Source of the DNA: an uncultured archaeon
Lineage (GTDB): Archaea; Iainarchaeota; Iainarchaeia; Iainarchaeales; 1-14-0-10-31-34
Direction: 5' to 3'
Assembly (NCBI GenBank): GCA_964442255.1
Contig: CAYTYC010000001.1
Span: 66,526-106,707, forward strand
Length of the DNA stretch: 40,182 nucleotides
Every line of letters starts with the position of its first letter. Positions within the stretch are counted from its first letter, which is position 1. A program made the position numbers and the translations under genes. The notes under the pieces are model-generated. The model was given only the letters and a program-made list of their open reading frames with translations, was not told where the DNA came from and ran no database searches. Shown in pieces: positions 17,812 through 27,320 of this stretch.

Positions 17812-18417
17812 TTGCTTTATTGGCGCTATTTTCTTAACAAGCCTTATTTTTTCTGGAAAGGTGTCCCTTGGAAACCTTTCTATTGCTTTTAGGAGTTCCC
17901 CTTCGTTTGGGCTCCGTTCAAGCCCCAGTGAATTGAAAAGCCGCCTTGCCGCCGGGCTTGATTTGAAGCGTGGCTCCAAAATTCCGCCGTGCTTCAGGAA
18001 GAAAGCTATAATGCTCCTGTTTTCCACATTCACCCAAACCCGCCTTACGCCGCTTAACGACAGATGCGTTTCCATGAGCCTCCACATTACTTCCCCTAGC
18101 CCTTTCCTTTGATATTCTTTTTCGATAAGAAAAATTGGCGCCCTCTTTGGACTGCCGCCAACAAATGAAGCGGAGTTGCCTTGTCTCCGCACTTCAAGCA
18201 TTCCGATGTCTTCAGGCCGTCTTTCGGAAAAAACCGTTATGTGGTTTGCGGAGGGGTCCAGTTCAAGCAAAATTTTTTCTCCACCCAATCTATGCGAAAA
18301 GTACGCCCAAGAGGGACTCGCTGTAAAGGCTCTTTTCCCAATTGATATTTCTCTTCCTTCAGGCTTAACTTGTTTCAAGCCCGCTTGCCTGATCCTGTTC
18401 CAACGAAAAGCCGGCAT
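17809..18417 (-). CDS. GNAT-family acetyltransferase-like orphan
   Basis: IEKEYQRKGLGEVM (motif A), N..IIAFFLKHG (motif B-like); Arg-rich N-terminus. Confidence 0.7.
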   Translation of the reverse strand: MPAFRWNRIRQAGLKQVKPEGREISIGKRAFTASPSWAYFSHRLGGEKILLELDPSANHITVFSERRPEDIGMLEVRRQGNSASFVGGSPKRAPIFLIEKEYQRKGLGEVMWRLMETHLSLSGVRRVWVNVENRSIIAFFLKHGGILEPRFKSSPAARRLFNSLGLERSPNEGELLKAIERFPRDTFPEKIRLVKKIAPIKQ

Positions 18418-18472
18418 CTGATTATGCTAGTCCACTAAGCGGCTTAAATTTGTTTTGTTTTAATGATACTTT

Positions 18473-19132
18473 ATGATTAAGGCTGTTTTGTTTGACTGGA
18501 ACGGAACATTGTTTGATGACGTGAAAGCCGCGTTTGCGGGCGCAAATTTTCAGATAAAACAACTCGGCGGAAAAGAGATTTCCTTTGAGCAGTACAGAAA
18601 CACTTTCACAATCCCCCTCCCCAAGTTCTTTAAGGCAAACAATGTTCCAACCAATGAATACCTTAAAAACCTGGAAAAATACCAGCAGGATTTCTTCGAG
18701 TTTTACAGCGAAAAAGGGGAGAACTGCTGCCTGAGGAAAGGGGCAAAAGAGGTTTTACGGGAATTAAAAAAACGCGGCATAAAGGCCGCGGTTTTAAGCG
18801 CGCACCGAAAAAAGGACATCCTGGAAAAGCTGGAGGAATTCGGCATAAGCCATTTAATTGACGCGGTGGAGGCGGTGGAAGGAAACATCACGGGAATGGC
18901 GAAAGGAAAAGAAGCTGACAGGGCACTGAAGGAACTCGGCGTTAAGGCTGAAGAAGCGATCATTGTGGGCGACGGCCTGCAGGACATTGAGGCAGCAAAA
19001 GAACACGGAATGAAGGCAATAAGCATTGGGGGCGGATTCATTTCAGGCGAAAGGCTGAAAAAAGCGGGAACAGACTATTTTGTGAAGGATTTGGGGGAAG
19101 TGCTGGAAATAGTGGAAGAAATTAATTCTTGA
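18473..19132 (+). CDS. HAD family phosphatase (phosphoglycolate phosphatase-like)
   Basis: LFDWNGTLFDD, VLSA, IVGDGLQDIEAA. Confidence 0.88.
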   Translation: MIKAVLFDWNGTLFDDVKAAFAGANFQIKQLGGKEISFEQYRNTFTIPLPKFFKANNVPTNEYLKNLEKYQQDFFEFYSEKGENCCLRKGAKEVLRELKKRGIKAAVLSAHRKKDILEKLEEFGISHLIDAVEAVEGNITGMAKGKEADRALKELGVKAEEAIIVGDGLQDIEAAKEHGMKAISIGGGFISGERLKKAGTDYFVKDLGEVLEIVEEINS

Positions 19133-19165
19133 GCAGCCTTTTGTTGCAAAATCTTTTTCCTTTCT

Positions 19166-20014
19166 TTAATTCATTTTTAGCTTGAATATCAATATCGGCA
19201 TTTGTCCCGGGATTCCTTGAAACGAGTACTCGTATGATTTCACTGATTCTAGTTCCAAACCCACTTCATTTGCTATTCTTATCATGTGTTCTCTTGGTAT
19301 TTGGTGTGCTTTTAGTTGTTCTGGTGTAGGCTGTTGGTCTCGTTTGAGACCTGAACCTTTTTTGTTGTGGTGCGGTATCCAGCCGACAACAAAACGAGAA
19401 GTTGTCCTTTCTTTAAGCAATTTTTTTTGCTGTTCAAGAGCTTGTTTCAATCCACTCTTTCCAGCCCAATGTATTGCATTAAACGTTACTACAAGGTCAT
19501 ATGAATGCTGTGGAAGTCCGGGATTTTCAAGGGTTCCAACGCTGAAATTTACTTGGGCGTCTCCGCATTCTTTTTTGATTCTTTGTGCTTCTCTTAATGT
19601 TCCTGGTGCAAAATCAGTTGCGTCTATTCTTGTTTTAGGAAAGCTTGTAGCTGCAAAAAGTTCTTGCGTGCCACTTCCACAACCAGTGCTTGCAACCCTA
19701 AACTCGGGTCCAATTCTTTCAGCCATTTTGCGCATTTCCGTTAGTAATGTTTTGCTTATTGCTCTTTCTGTCCCTTCCTTTTCCAAATACCTGGGGGCGA
19801 ATTTTGCGGTACTGGAGAAAAAGCGGGCTTCATCTTTTGGCAGGTGTCTTCTTTTTGCTCTAAGAAATCTAGTGATAGGAAACAATTGAACTGGTTGATG
19901 TCTATGGATAAAATCTATGATGTCTTTATAATTTCTGCCAAGCCTTCCGTTTACCTGTGCTCTCCGTTTGGGTATTGTTTTGAGGTCTCTAAAACTCTGT
20001 ATAGCTTCACTCAT
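19166..20014 (-). CDS. class I SAM-dependent methyltransferase with long basic N-terminal extension
   Basis: VASTGCGSG, ATDFA, SYDLVVTFNAIHW. Confidence 0.8.
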   Translation of the reverse strand: MSEAIQSFRDLKTIPKRRAQVNGRLGRNYKDIIDFIHRHQPVQLFPITRFLRAKRRHLPKDEARFFSSTAKFAPRYLEKEGTERAISKTLLTEMRKMAERIGPEFRVASTGCGSGTQELFAATSFPKTRIDATDFAPGTLREAQRIKKECGDAQVNFSVGTLENPGLPQHSYDLVVTFNAIHWAGKSGLKQALEQQKKLLKERTTSRFVVGWIPHHNKKGSGLKRDQQPTPEQLKAHQIPREHMIRIANEVGLELESVKSYEYSFQGIPGQMPILIFKLKMN

Positions 20015-20162
20015 TATTCTTTTTGTCCCCCTAAGAAAATTAACGTAAGGATGAATTTAAAGGTTTGTTTCTTTATGTTTTTTGAGTATAAGTTGGGACT
20101 AGACGTTATCCAAGGAAAGTAATAAAAATAGTTGAAGAACTAAATAGTTAGGTGAAAAACTG

Positions 20163-20360
20163 ATGGGCTTAATGGACAGGTTTAAGGCAAAAAAAGAGGA
20201 AATGGAGAAGAAGAAAGCCGGGGAAAGCGCTCCGGAAGGGAAATACGATGAAGCCTGCGCTTTGTGCGGGGGAGGTGGAACAGAAAAAAAGTGGGCTGGG
20301 CAGTACTGGCACAAAAAATGCTACAGAAGGGCAAGAAAAGTCGGGAAAGGAATGATTTAG
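20163..20360 (+). CDS. small Zn-finger-like protein
   Basis: CALC...WHKKC metal ligands; GGTGA upstream. Confidence 0.7.
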   Translation: MGLMDRFKAKKEEMEKKKAGESAPEGKYDEACALCGGGGTEKKWAGQYWHKKCYRRARKVGKGMI

Positions 20361-20468
20361 AAACCCCTTTCCGGGAATCCCGCCTGTTTCAATGGGCGGA
20401 AGAGGGGTTTTCATAAGCAGTTTACGAAAAAAAAAATTTGGCGGATTTTTAACCCGCCGTAGTTTAAT
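20355..20468 (+). repeat. 114-bp dispersed palindromic element, copy 2
   Basis: Matches 8107-8220 with one mismatch; fills the interval between two convergent stop codons. Confidence 0.95.
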
Positions 20469-21141
20469 CTAAAACTTCTGTTTCCCTGTCTTTTCCCACT
20501 ATAACAGTGCAGTCCCTTGAAAAAATTCCGTTGGCCTTGACTCCGGGCGTTGCATCCAAGCGCTTCTCCAATTCCTCCGGTGCAGGGACGCCATCCGGAA
20601 AATCAAGATAGGCTATCAGGTTTTCGCTTTCGCTCACTTTCCTTTCACCCGCGTCATCCTTCACAAACTTTTTTTCGCAGTCCAAATCCGCAAACTCATT
20701 GAAAACAAAATCCCTTTTATCCTGTTCAACCTCAATCAGCACAGGTTTGGAGAGCCGCTCCACAATCTTTCCTTCATCAACCACGACCACAAACTTTTCC
20801 GCCCTGTAATCCACTTCCTTTTCCTTCAAAAACGCGTACAGCGTGTTTCCTTTAATCAGCCTCTTTTTTCCGTCCACTTCATCCGCGCCATCCACCGCCA
20901 AATCAATTTTCTTTGCTTTCTCAACCGAAACCAGTTTCAGCCCGACTTTTTCGGCTAGCGCGGCGCTTTGTTCGGAGGTGGAAACGCATTTTACCCCAAG
21001 CCTTGATTTTTTGTTTTTTTCCCCCAAAAGCCTGATGAACTCTTCTGCCGTGCTCCCTGAACCCAGGCCTACAGTCATTCCCTTTTTCACGTACTCCAGC
21101 GCCTTTTTTGCCGCGTTAACTTTCTGATCTTTTTTCCCCAT
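20464..21141 (-). CDS. rpiA: ribose-5-phosphate isomerase A
   Basis: VGLGSGST, AVDGADEV, LIKG, KEKEV. Confidence 0.92.
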   Translation of the reverse strand: MGKKDQKVNAAKKALEYVKKGMTVGLGSGSTAEEFIRLLGEKNKKSRLGVKCVSTSEQSAALAEKVGLKLVSVEKAKKIDLAVDGADEVDGKKRLIKGNTLYAFLKEKEVDYRAEKFVVVVDEGKIVERLSKPVLIEVEQDKRDFVFNEFADLDCEKKFVKDDAGERKVSESENLIAYLDFPDGVPAPEELEKRLDATPGVKANGIFSRDCTVIVGKDRETEVLD

Positions 21142-21143
21142 TT

Positions 21144-22049
21144 TTATTCCCCCAAAGCGTAGGCCGCGGCTCCCGCGGCCACAGAATAATCCCCATAACT
21201 TGCTTTAATTATTTTGGTTTTGGAGCGGAAAGCCTTGACAATATGCAGGTCAAGCCTTTTTTTTGCTTTATTTAAAAGCAGCCGGCTGTTGCTTAAGCCT
21301 CCCCCCAAAACAATTGCGTCAGGGGAAAAAATGTTCACAAGGTTTCCCAAACCAACTGCAAGATAACCGCTTAATTCCTCAATTGTCTCCTTTGCGGCCA
21401 TGTCCCCTTTTTTGGCTTCCCTGTCAATGTCTTTGGGGATTAAATCAGGGTAATTGGATAAAGAGCTTTTTTGTTTCCGCATTTTGCTTTTTGCGGTTTC
21501 CAGAAAAGCTTTTCTGCTCACGTATTCCTCCCAGCAGCCCCTGTTTCCGCAGCCGCATTTTTTTCCCCCAAAAAAAACGCACAAGTGCCCGAATTCCCCT
21601 CCCGGAAGAATTTTCCTGTCAAGCACGATTCCTCCCCCGAGTCCCGTTCCAAGGGTGACGCCCAAAACAAGCCTGAACTTTTTTGCCTTTCCCCACACTG
21701 ATTCCCCCCAAGTCATCAGGTTGGCGTCGTTTTCAACGAAAACCTTTTTGTGCAGATTTTTTTCCAGAAAACTTTTCAGGTTTGTTCCCTTTAAGGGCTT
21801 CAGGTGGGGGGCAAACAATATTTTTCCTTTTCCGTCAACAACCCCCGCAAACCCAACTCCAATCCCTTTAACCTTTTTGTTTTCTGGAAGCACTTCCCCG
21901 ACGGCCTTTAAAACGTTTTCCAGGGCCCTCTTTTTTTTCATGCCAGCCCCCGTTTTTGCCTTGAATTTTTTAATGATTTTTCCGTTTTCACCGGCAAGCA
22001 CTGCCTTGATGTTTGTGCCGCCGATATCCACTCCAACGGCCAAATTCAT
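21144..22049 (-). CDS. ROK family sugar kinase (glucokinase-like)
   Basis: VDIGGT, ENDAN, LGTGLGGG, GEFGH, CGCGNRGCWE. Confidence 0.93.
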   Translation of the reverse strand: MNLAVGVDIGGTNIKAVLAGENGKIIKKFKAKTGAGMKKKRALENVLKAVGEVLPENKKVKGIGVGFAGVVDGKGKILFAPHLKPLKGTNLKSFLEKNLHKKVFVENDANLMTWGESVWGKAKKFRLVLGVTLGTGLGGGIVLDRKILPGGEFGHLCVFFGGKKCGCGNRGCWEEYVSRKAFLETAKSKMRKQKSSLSNYPDLIPKDIDREAKKGDMAAKETIEELSGYLAVGLGNLVNIFSPDAIVLGGGLSNSRLLLNKAKKRLDLHIVKAFRSKTKIIKASYGDYSVAAGAAAYALGE

Positions 22050-23029
22050 TTTCTCGCCAAAGCCTTTTTCAGGTAATCAATGTTTTTAACCGGAAAAGGG
22101 TCTGTCCGGGTTTTCATCGCAAGAAAATAGGACACATAGCTTCCGAACTGCAGGAGGCAGAATATTTCCTCAAAAAAACTTTTTCCTTCAGCCTTTACAA
22201 CCACTACGGGAAAGCGCCTGAACAATTTTTTCATTGCCCGCACCCGTTTTTGCATTTGCTTGTCCAGTTTCTTGGGCAAAAGAATTATTACCGCCGCCTT
22301 CTTCAACTGCCTGAACCCCACGACCTCGTTGTGGTTCATTTCAGGAAAAGAATTGAAGTGCGCGAAATACTTTGAGTTTTCGTTTAATTCGGTTTGCCAT
22401 TTTCTGGCCGTACAGCTAATTTCTTCCGGAGCATAAATAAGCGGAATCCTTTCCTTGAGTTTTGCCGCGATTTTTTGCGCCCTTTTTTTCATTTTCGCCG
22501 ACTTTTTGTCCAGGCGCAAAATTGTGTCCAGCACGTCGTGTTCCTTTGATTCAATCAATCCCAGCTTCCTGAAAATTACGATCACTGGCACAGTGAGAAA
22601 GCCTCCCGCGCTCCGAGGAGGAAAGCCTTCCGGAAGCAGGATGCAGTTTTTCACTGCCTTTTTCAGTTTTCCCCCCGAGCAAATCCCTACAACCATTGCG
22701 CCCTTTTTTTTTGCTTCTTTCACTCCTGCAAGCGTTTCCTCGGTGTTTCCGGAGTAGCTGACCGCAATAAACAATGTGTTCCTGTCCACGTAGGCGGGAA
22801 TTGAGTAATCCCTGTTTACCTGCAAAGGAATTTTGAGCTCTTTTTTCAGCAGGCATTCCAGTATTTCGCCCGTTACTCCGCTTCCGCCCATTCCCTGCAC
22901 GACAAGGTTCCTGAATTTCTTTTTCCTTGCCTTAAAGCTTTCCCCCAACAGCAGGCCTTCAATCATTTCCACGGGAAGGAAGTCAATTAACTCCAGGTAA
23001 TTTTTTCCCTTAAACATTGCTTTCCCCAC
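22046..23029 (-). CDS. bifunctional phosphoglucose/phosphomannose isomerase
   Basis: GMGGSG, SYSGNTEET, PPRSA, NENSK, PEMNHNE. Confidence 0.93.
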   Translation of the reverse strand: MGKAMFKGKNYLELIDFLPVEMIEGLLLGESFKARKKKFRNLVVQGMGGSGVTGEILECLLKKELKIPLQVNRDYSIPAYVDRNTLFIAVSYSGNTEETLAGVKEAKKKGAMVVGICSGGKLKKAVKNCILLPEGFPPRSAGGFLTVPVIVIFRKLGLIESKEHDVLDTILRLDKKSAKMKKRAQKIAAKLKERIPLIYAPEEISCTARKWQTELNENSKYFAHFNSFPEMNHNEVVGFRQLKKAAVIILLPKKLDKQMQKRVRAMKKLFRRFPVVVVKAEGKSFFEEIFCLLQFGSYVSYFLAMKTRTDPFPVKNIDYLKKALARK

Positions 23030-23114
23030 TATTCTTTGGCTTTTAATCCTTTAAAACTTATACTGCTTATGGGTTTTATAACCTCTTTTTCCCAATTTCA
23101 AGGCTTATTTTGCC

Positions 23115-23957
23115 TCATTTTTCTTCAGGGAGTTGCCCAAGGCGTCTGTAGCTTTCGTATGCGCCCCAAAGCGCTTGTGCCTCTTTTAACGGGATTTTTC
23201 TTTCTCTGGCGGTTTCTTCCAAGGTTTTTTTCCCGTGCATTACCCCCCTAATTAGAACCGTGAGTCTTGACGCTTCACGGTACTTTAACCCTAAACGCTC
23301 TTTAAGCGCGCTTCTTATGAAATCCCGTGCAGCATTGTAAACTTTGTCGTAAATATAGCTTTTAAGACTCTTTTTTTGGGGATCATATTTTGTAATCCAT
23401 CTTGGCAGCAAACCTAAAACGTATGCCTCGAAATCCTTGGATGTTTCCCTCCAAAACCTGTGCTTCACGCCGGCTGAGCGTATTGCATTTTTTACGTCAG
23501 GCATTGCTTTTGCTTTTAACCTTTCCTGTTGAACTGACAATTCCGGAATTGTTGCTTTCCGCCCCCTTATGTCTGGCAACTGCCATCCCTCTTTCCGCAT
23601 ACGATATTTAACCTTGTTAATGGTGGTGATAGAAGCCGTTATTCCATCTTTTTTCAGCATTGCCTTTATTTTTGCAGCATTACTCCGGGGATTATAAAAA
23701 ACTTTTCTCTTAATTTTTGTTCCCATTTCATCCAAATTTGACCTTGGAGACATTTTCCGCACCACAGGTAACCCAATTCCATTTCTCCTCATTTGCGCCC
23801 TAACCTGACGAACAGAACCAATTGTTGTTTCAACTGGTTTTTCCTTGCGCTTAAGCATTTCCCTAATATCTGCTGCAATGGTCTCCGGATTACGAAAAAT
23901 TGCTCTCCTTATTGCGGCATTTTTTGTATCCAACCCCACTCGCCTGCGTGTTCCCAT
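23115..23957 (-). CDS. orphan with two N-terminal repeats and a sigma-70 region 2/3-like C-terminal part
   Basis: KYDPQKKSLKSYIYDKVYNAARDFIR and KKTLEETARERKIPLKEA; see findings. Confidence 0.6.
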   Translation of the reverse strand: MGTRRRVGLDTKNAAIRRAIFRNPETIAADIREMLKRKEKPVETTIGSVRQVRAQMRRNGIGLPVVRKMSPRSNLDEMGTKIKRKVFYNPRSNAAKIKAMLKKDGITASITTINKVKYRMRKEGWQLPDIRGRKATIPELSVQQERLKAKAMPDVKNAIRSAGVKHRFWRETSKDFEAYVLGLLPRWITKYDPQKKSLKSYIYDKVYNAARDFIRSALKERLGLKYREASRLTVLIRGVMHGKKTLEETARERKIPLKEAQALWGAYESYRRLGQLPEEK

Positions 23958-24211
23958 GCAAAAAACTATCATTAAAGTGGTTAAAATGCCTTTCCTTCAT
24001 TTCAAGCCTTTTTAATCCGCCAGAATTCTGCGTGGTCTGAAAGGCCCCCGGTCTTTATTTTTTGTGCGGCGGTTCAGCTGCCTGCTTATTTTTCAAGCAG
24101 CCATTTCCACAGGGGCATGAATCTTGCTTTTTGTCCTTGTATTGTTTCAGTGGCTCCATAATTCCGCGTTATTATGACGAAGTAGCGAAGACTAAAGTCC
24201 ACACTACTATA

Positions 24212-24241
24212 ATAGAAAGCTTTGTTTGAAAAGCTTTCTAT
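24212..24241. promoter_or_regulatory. perfect 12-bp inverted repeat (operator or terminator)
   Basis: ATAGAAAGCTTT-GTTTGA-AAAGCTTTCTAT. Confidence 0.55.
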
Positions 24242-24256
24242 CACACTATAAAGCTT

Positions 24257-25120
24257 TTATTGTTTCTTTGCAGGCTGAAAAAGCAATTTGGGCAGCTCTT
24301 CAAGCAGGTCGCTTGCCATCAGGCCATAGCCGTATTTCTTGTGAGCCCTGTTGCCTGCCAGGCCGTTGAAGTAGGCAGCAGAGCAGGCAGCTTCAAGCAG
24401 CCCTGCGCCCTGTGCAACCAGCCCCGCGCACAAGCCAGCCAGCACGTCCCCTGTGCCTCCAACAGTCATTCCCGCATTCCCTGTTTTATTTATTTTCACC
24501 TTCTTTCCGCATGAAATTACGTCCACTTTGCCCGTCAATAAAATAACGCACTTGTGCTTTAACGAAACTTTCTTCACCAAAGCCTTTCTTTTATTCAGCT
24601 CTTTTGGAACCTTTTTTCCGGAAAAAACCTCAAACTCATTGGAATGGGGAGTCAACACGCAATTGTTTTTGAAAATTTTTCCCTTAAGTGCTTTAATCGC
24701 GTCACCGTCCACGACAACCGGAACCTTCACTCCGCTCACAACCTTTTTCGCAAACTTTTGCGTTCCTTTCCCCAACCCCAAGCCGGGCCCAATAAGAAGG
24801 CAGTCGTTTTTTTTGCTTAATTCAATAACTTTTTTTGCGTGCTTTTCACTGAAATTCTTTCCCGCGAATTTGGTTGTAATCAAATCCGGGGAAAAGCAGT
24901 TAATCGCCCATGCGACTTTCTCAGGGGCGCAGATGTTCACCAAATCCGTTCCGGAGCGGAGGGCTGCAATTCCCGCCAACGCAGACAAAATCGGCGCGCC
25001 AATAAACTGTTCATTTCCTCCGGCAACCAAAAGCCTTCCGTTCTCTCCCTTATGCGAATCCTTTTTTCTTTTGACCAGCGCCTTTTTTGCGTAACTTGAA
25101 TCAGTTAGTTCTTTTTCCAT
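24257..25120 (-). CDS. nnrD: NAD(P)H-hydrate dehydratase
   Basis: SHKGENG, IGPGLG, VVDGDA, LTPHSNEF, GGTGDVLAG. Confidence 0.93.
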   Translation of the reverse strand: MEKELTDSSYAKKALVKRKKDSHKGENGRLLVAGGNEQFIGAPILSALAGIAALRSGTDLVNICAPEKVAWAINCFSPDLITTKFAGKNFSEKHAKKVIELSKKNDCLLIGPGLGLGKGTQKFAKKVVSGVKVPVVVDGDAIKALKGKIFKNNCVLTPHSNEFEVFSGKKVPKELNKRKALVKKVSLKHKCVILLTGKVDVISCGKKVKINKTGNAGMTVGGTGDVLAGLCAGLVAQGAGLLEAACSAAYFNGLAGNRAHKKYGYGLMASDLLEELPKLLFQPAKKQ

Positions 25121-25185
25121 GGAAACCCCTGATTTTTTTTTAGCCCACTCTTAATCTCTTGCCTTTAATTTACTTTTTTGGGGAA

Positions 25186-27075
25186 TCATTTAATTTTTTC
25201 GATTTCTTTCCTTAAAAGCCAGCTTAAGGTTTTTCCGTCCGCCTTTCCCTTCAGGGCCTTCATTGCGTCCCCCATTAAAGCCCTTACTGCGCCTTCCCCG
25301 CGCGCCTCAATCAAAGCACGGTTTTTGTGGACAACTCCTTTAACGGTTTTTGCAATTTCCTTTTCTCCGGCTGTTCCGCCGCCAATATTTTTCATGACAT
25401 CCTTAAAGTCCTTCCCGGGCTCTTCCGTCCATCTTCCCAGCGCTTCAGCCAAAAGCTTTCTCGGTACACCGTATTTTTCTCCCGCTTCAATTGCCTGTGA
25501 AAGCATTTCATTTGAAAGCCTTTCAACTTTGGCGCCCTCCCTTTTCATTCTAACCAAATCCTCCAATAGCAGCACGGCTGTGGGGGTGGGGCTGGCGCCT
25601 TTTTTGACCAATTCCTCAAAAAGGCCCGCAAAATTGCTGTAAGCCATTTTTTGGGCGAGGGCCGGATTCAAACCAAACCCCTTTATGTATAAGTTAACCC
25701 TTTCTTTTGTGCTGAGCGGAAGTTTCTTAAGCAGCCTTTTGAGCATTTTTTTGTCAACAATTATCCGTGGAATGTCTGTTTCAGGGTACATTCTTGCCGC
25801 TCCAGGCAGCGGGCGGCTGTATGCATTGCTTCCATCGGGAAGCGCGTCCCGGGTTTCCCCCGGCACCCCGTGCAGGCACTTCTTTGCCCTTTCCACAACA
25901 ACTTCCAGTGCTTCCCCCGCTTTTTTCTTTTCCCCAACCAAAAAAATAAAAGCGTCCTCCTTGCCGCACTTCAGCTTCCCTGAAACTTCCTTAACTTCTT
26001 TTTCGCTGACACCGTAATCCGGCATTTCATCCGAGTGAAAGATTCCCTTAATCCCGGTTCTCGCTTTCACATAATCAGCAAACTCTGTTCCAAGCCTCCG
26101 GTTTGGCTGCAGCTCCTTTCCCACTAACCCGCCAAAACTTTTCAATTTTATCCCGAAAACGCTTTCCTTGCTCCACTGCTTTCTTATTATCCCGCAACCG
26201 GTTTTTTCAAATACTTTGCTTAAGTTAATTGGCACCTGCTCTAAATCTTTTTCACTCAGTCCACGCGACTTTAATTCTTTCATCACTTCAACCAGCCCAA
26301 GCTGCCTTTGCGCTTCCCTTTCCACGCAGGTTTTGATTAACGCAAGTTCCTGCACCCCCTTTACCTCCGTCCTTGCGCCTTCCCTGATTGAAATGTTCAA
26401 ATCCTGCCTTATTGTGCCGAGTCCGCGTTTTGCTTTCCCTGTCCTCCGGAAGATTTCCCCGATTGCTTCAGCGGTTTTAAGCGCTTCCTCCGGTGAAAAA
26501 ATCCCGGGCTTTGTTGCAAGCTCTATTAACGGAATTCCCAGCCTGTCCAGGCGGTAAAAAATTTTTTTGCCTTCGCGTTTCATGGGCCTTCCGGCATCCT
26601 CTTCCAGAACGATTGCCTGAACCCCAACCTCTTTCCCGTTTATTTTGATTGCCCCGCCCACTGAAACCAATGCGGTTCTTTGAAAACCCGACGGGTTTGA
26701 ACCGTCAATGACTGTTTTCCTCATCACGCACAATTCATCAAAGACTTTGCTTTCCGTAATCAGTGAAACCTCTAAAACCGCTTCAAGGGCTTTTGGGTTA
26801 ACCGGATGCGGCGGCTCTTCATCCAGTTCAACCAAACACGTTGAATCGTTGTAAGCTTCGTAAACAAAGGAGTTTCCTCTCCTGAACTGCTCCAGTGCAG
26901 CCGCATCGTATTCCCCCAATTCTGAGGGCACAGGGCGCAGCCTTCTTTCAACGGTAAAGTCGGGCTTGTCTTCTTTCAGCCTTGAATCGCACCTGCAGAA
27001 CAGCTTTCCTGTGTCAAGCTGCTGGTGCACCTCCAGCCCGCACTTCAGTCCAAGTTTTTTGTAGTCCAACGTCAT
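25186..27075 (-). CDS. gatE: Glu-tRNA(Gln) amidotransferase subunit E
   Basis: DYKKLGLKCGLEVHQQL, DEEPPH, IDGSNPSGFQRT, RGLGTIRQD, RPLPGAARMYPETD; ATG at 27075. Confidence 0.96.
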   Translation of the reverse strand: MTLDYKKLGLKCGLEVHQQLDTGKLFCRCDSRLKEDKPDFTVERRLRPVPSELGEYDAAALEQFRRGNSFVYEAYNDSTCLVELDEEPPHPVNPKALEAVLEVSLITESKVFDELCVMRKTVIDGSNPSGFQRTALVSVGGAIKINGKEVGVQAIVLEEDAGRPMKREGKKIFYRLDRLGIPLIELATKPGIFSPEEALKTAEAIGEIFRRTGKAKRGLGTIRQDLNISIREGARTEVKGVQELALIKTCVEREAQRQLGLVEVMKELKSRGLSEKDLEQVPINLSKVFEKTGCGIIRKQWSKESVFGIKLKSFGGLVGKELQPNRRLGTEFADYVKARTGIKGIFHSDEMPDYGVSEKEVKEVSGKLKCGKEDAFIFLVGEKKKAGEALEVVVERAKKCLHGVPGETRDALPDGSNAYSRPLPGAARMYPETDIPRIIVDKKMLKRLLKKLPLSTKERVNLYIKGFGLNPALAQKMAYSNFAGLFEELVKKGASPTPTAVLLLEDLVRMKREGAKVERLSNEMLSQAIEAGEKYGVPRKLLAEALGRWTEEPGKDFKDVMKNIGGGTAGEKEIAKTVKGVVHKNRALIEARGEGAVRALMGDAMKALKGKADGKTLSWLLRKEIEKIK

Positions 27076-27076
27076 T

Positions 27077-27220
27077 TCAAACTTCCACAAGATTTTTTCC
27101 CAGTTCAAAGCATTTTTCCATTATCTCCTTGTTTTCCTTCACTTCCCCTGGTTTTTCCGCAGCTGCAAGCACTTTTCCCTTCACCTTGATTTCGTGGATT
27201 CTGCAGAATTCCTCCAAAGC
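27077..27220 (-). CDS. C-terminal fragment of a probable flavodoxin-like/FMN-reductase protein; the rest lies in the gap
   Basis: ...GEVKENKEIMEKCFELGKNL resembles flavodoxin-family C-termini and is unrelated to the MBL sequence across the Ns. Confidence 0.5.
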   Translation of the reverse strand, partial: ALEEFCRIHEIKVKGKVLAAAEKPGEVKENKEIMEKCFELGKNLVEV

Positions 27221-27320
27221 NNNNNNNNNNNNNNNNNNNNNNNNNNNNNNNNNNNNNNNNNNNNNNNNNNNNNNNNNNNNNNNNNNNNNNNNNNNNNNNN
27301 NNNNNNNNNNNNNNNNNNNN

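Noticed and set aside
16657..20468. Integrated element at tRNA-Ile or tRNA-Gln
   Set aside because: No integrase and no duplicated tRNA 3' end seen in the window.
24055..24159. 34-aa minus-strand ORF with CPCGNGC
   Set aside because: Too short, with no further support for coding.
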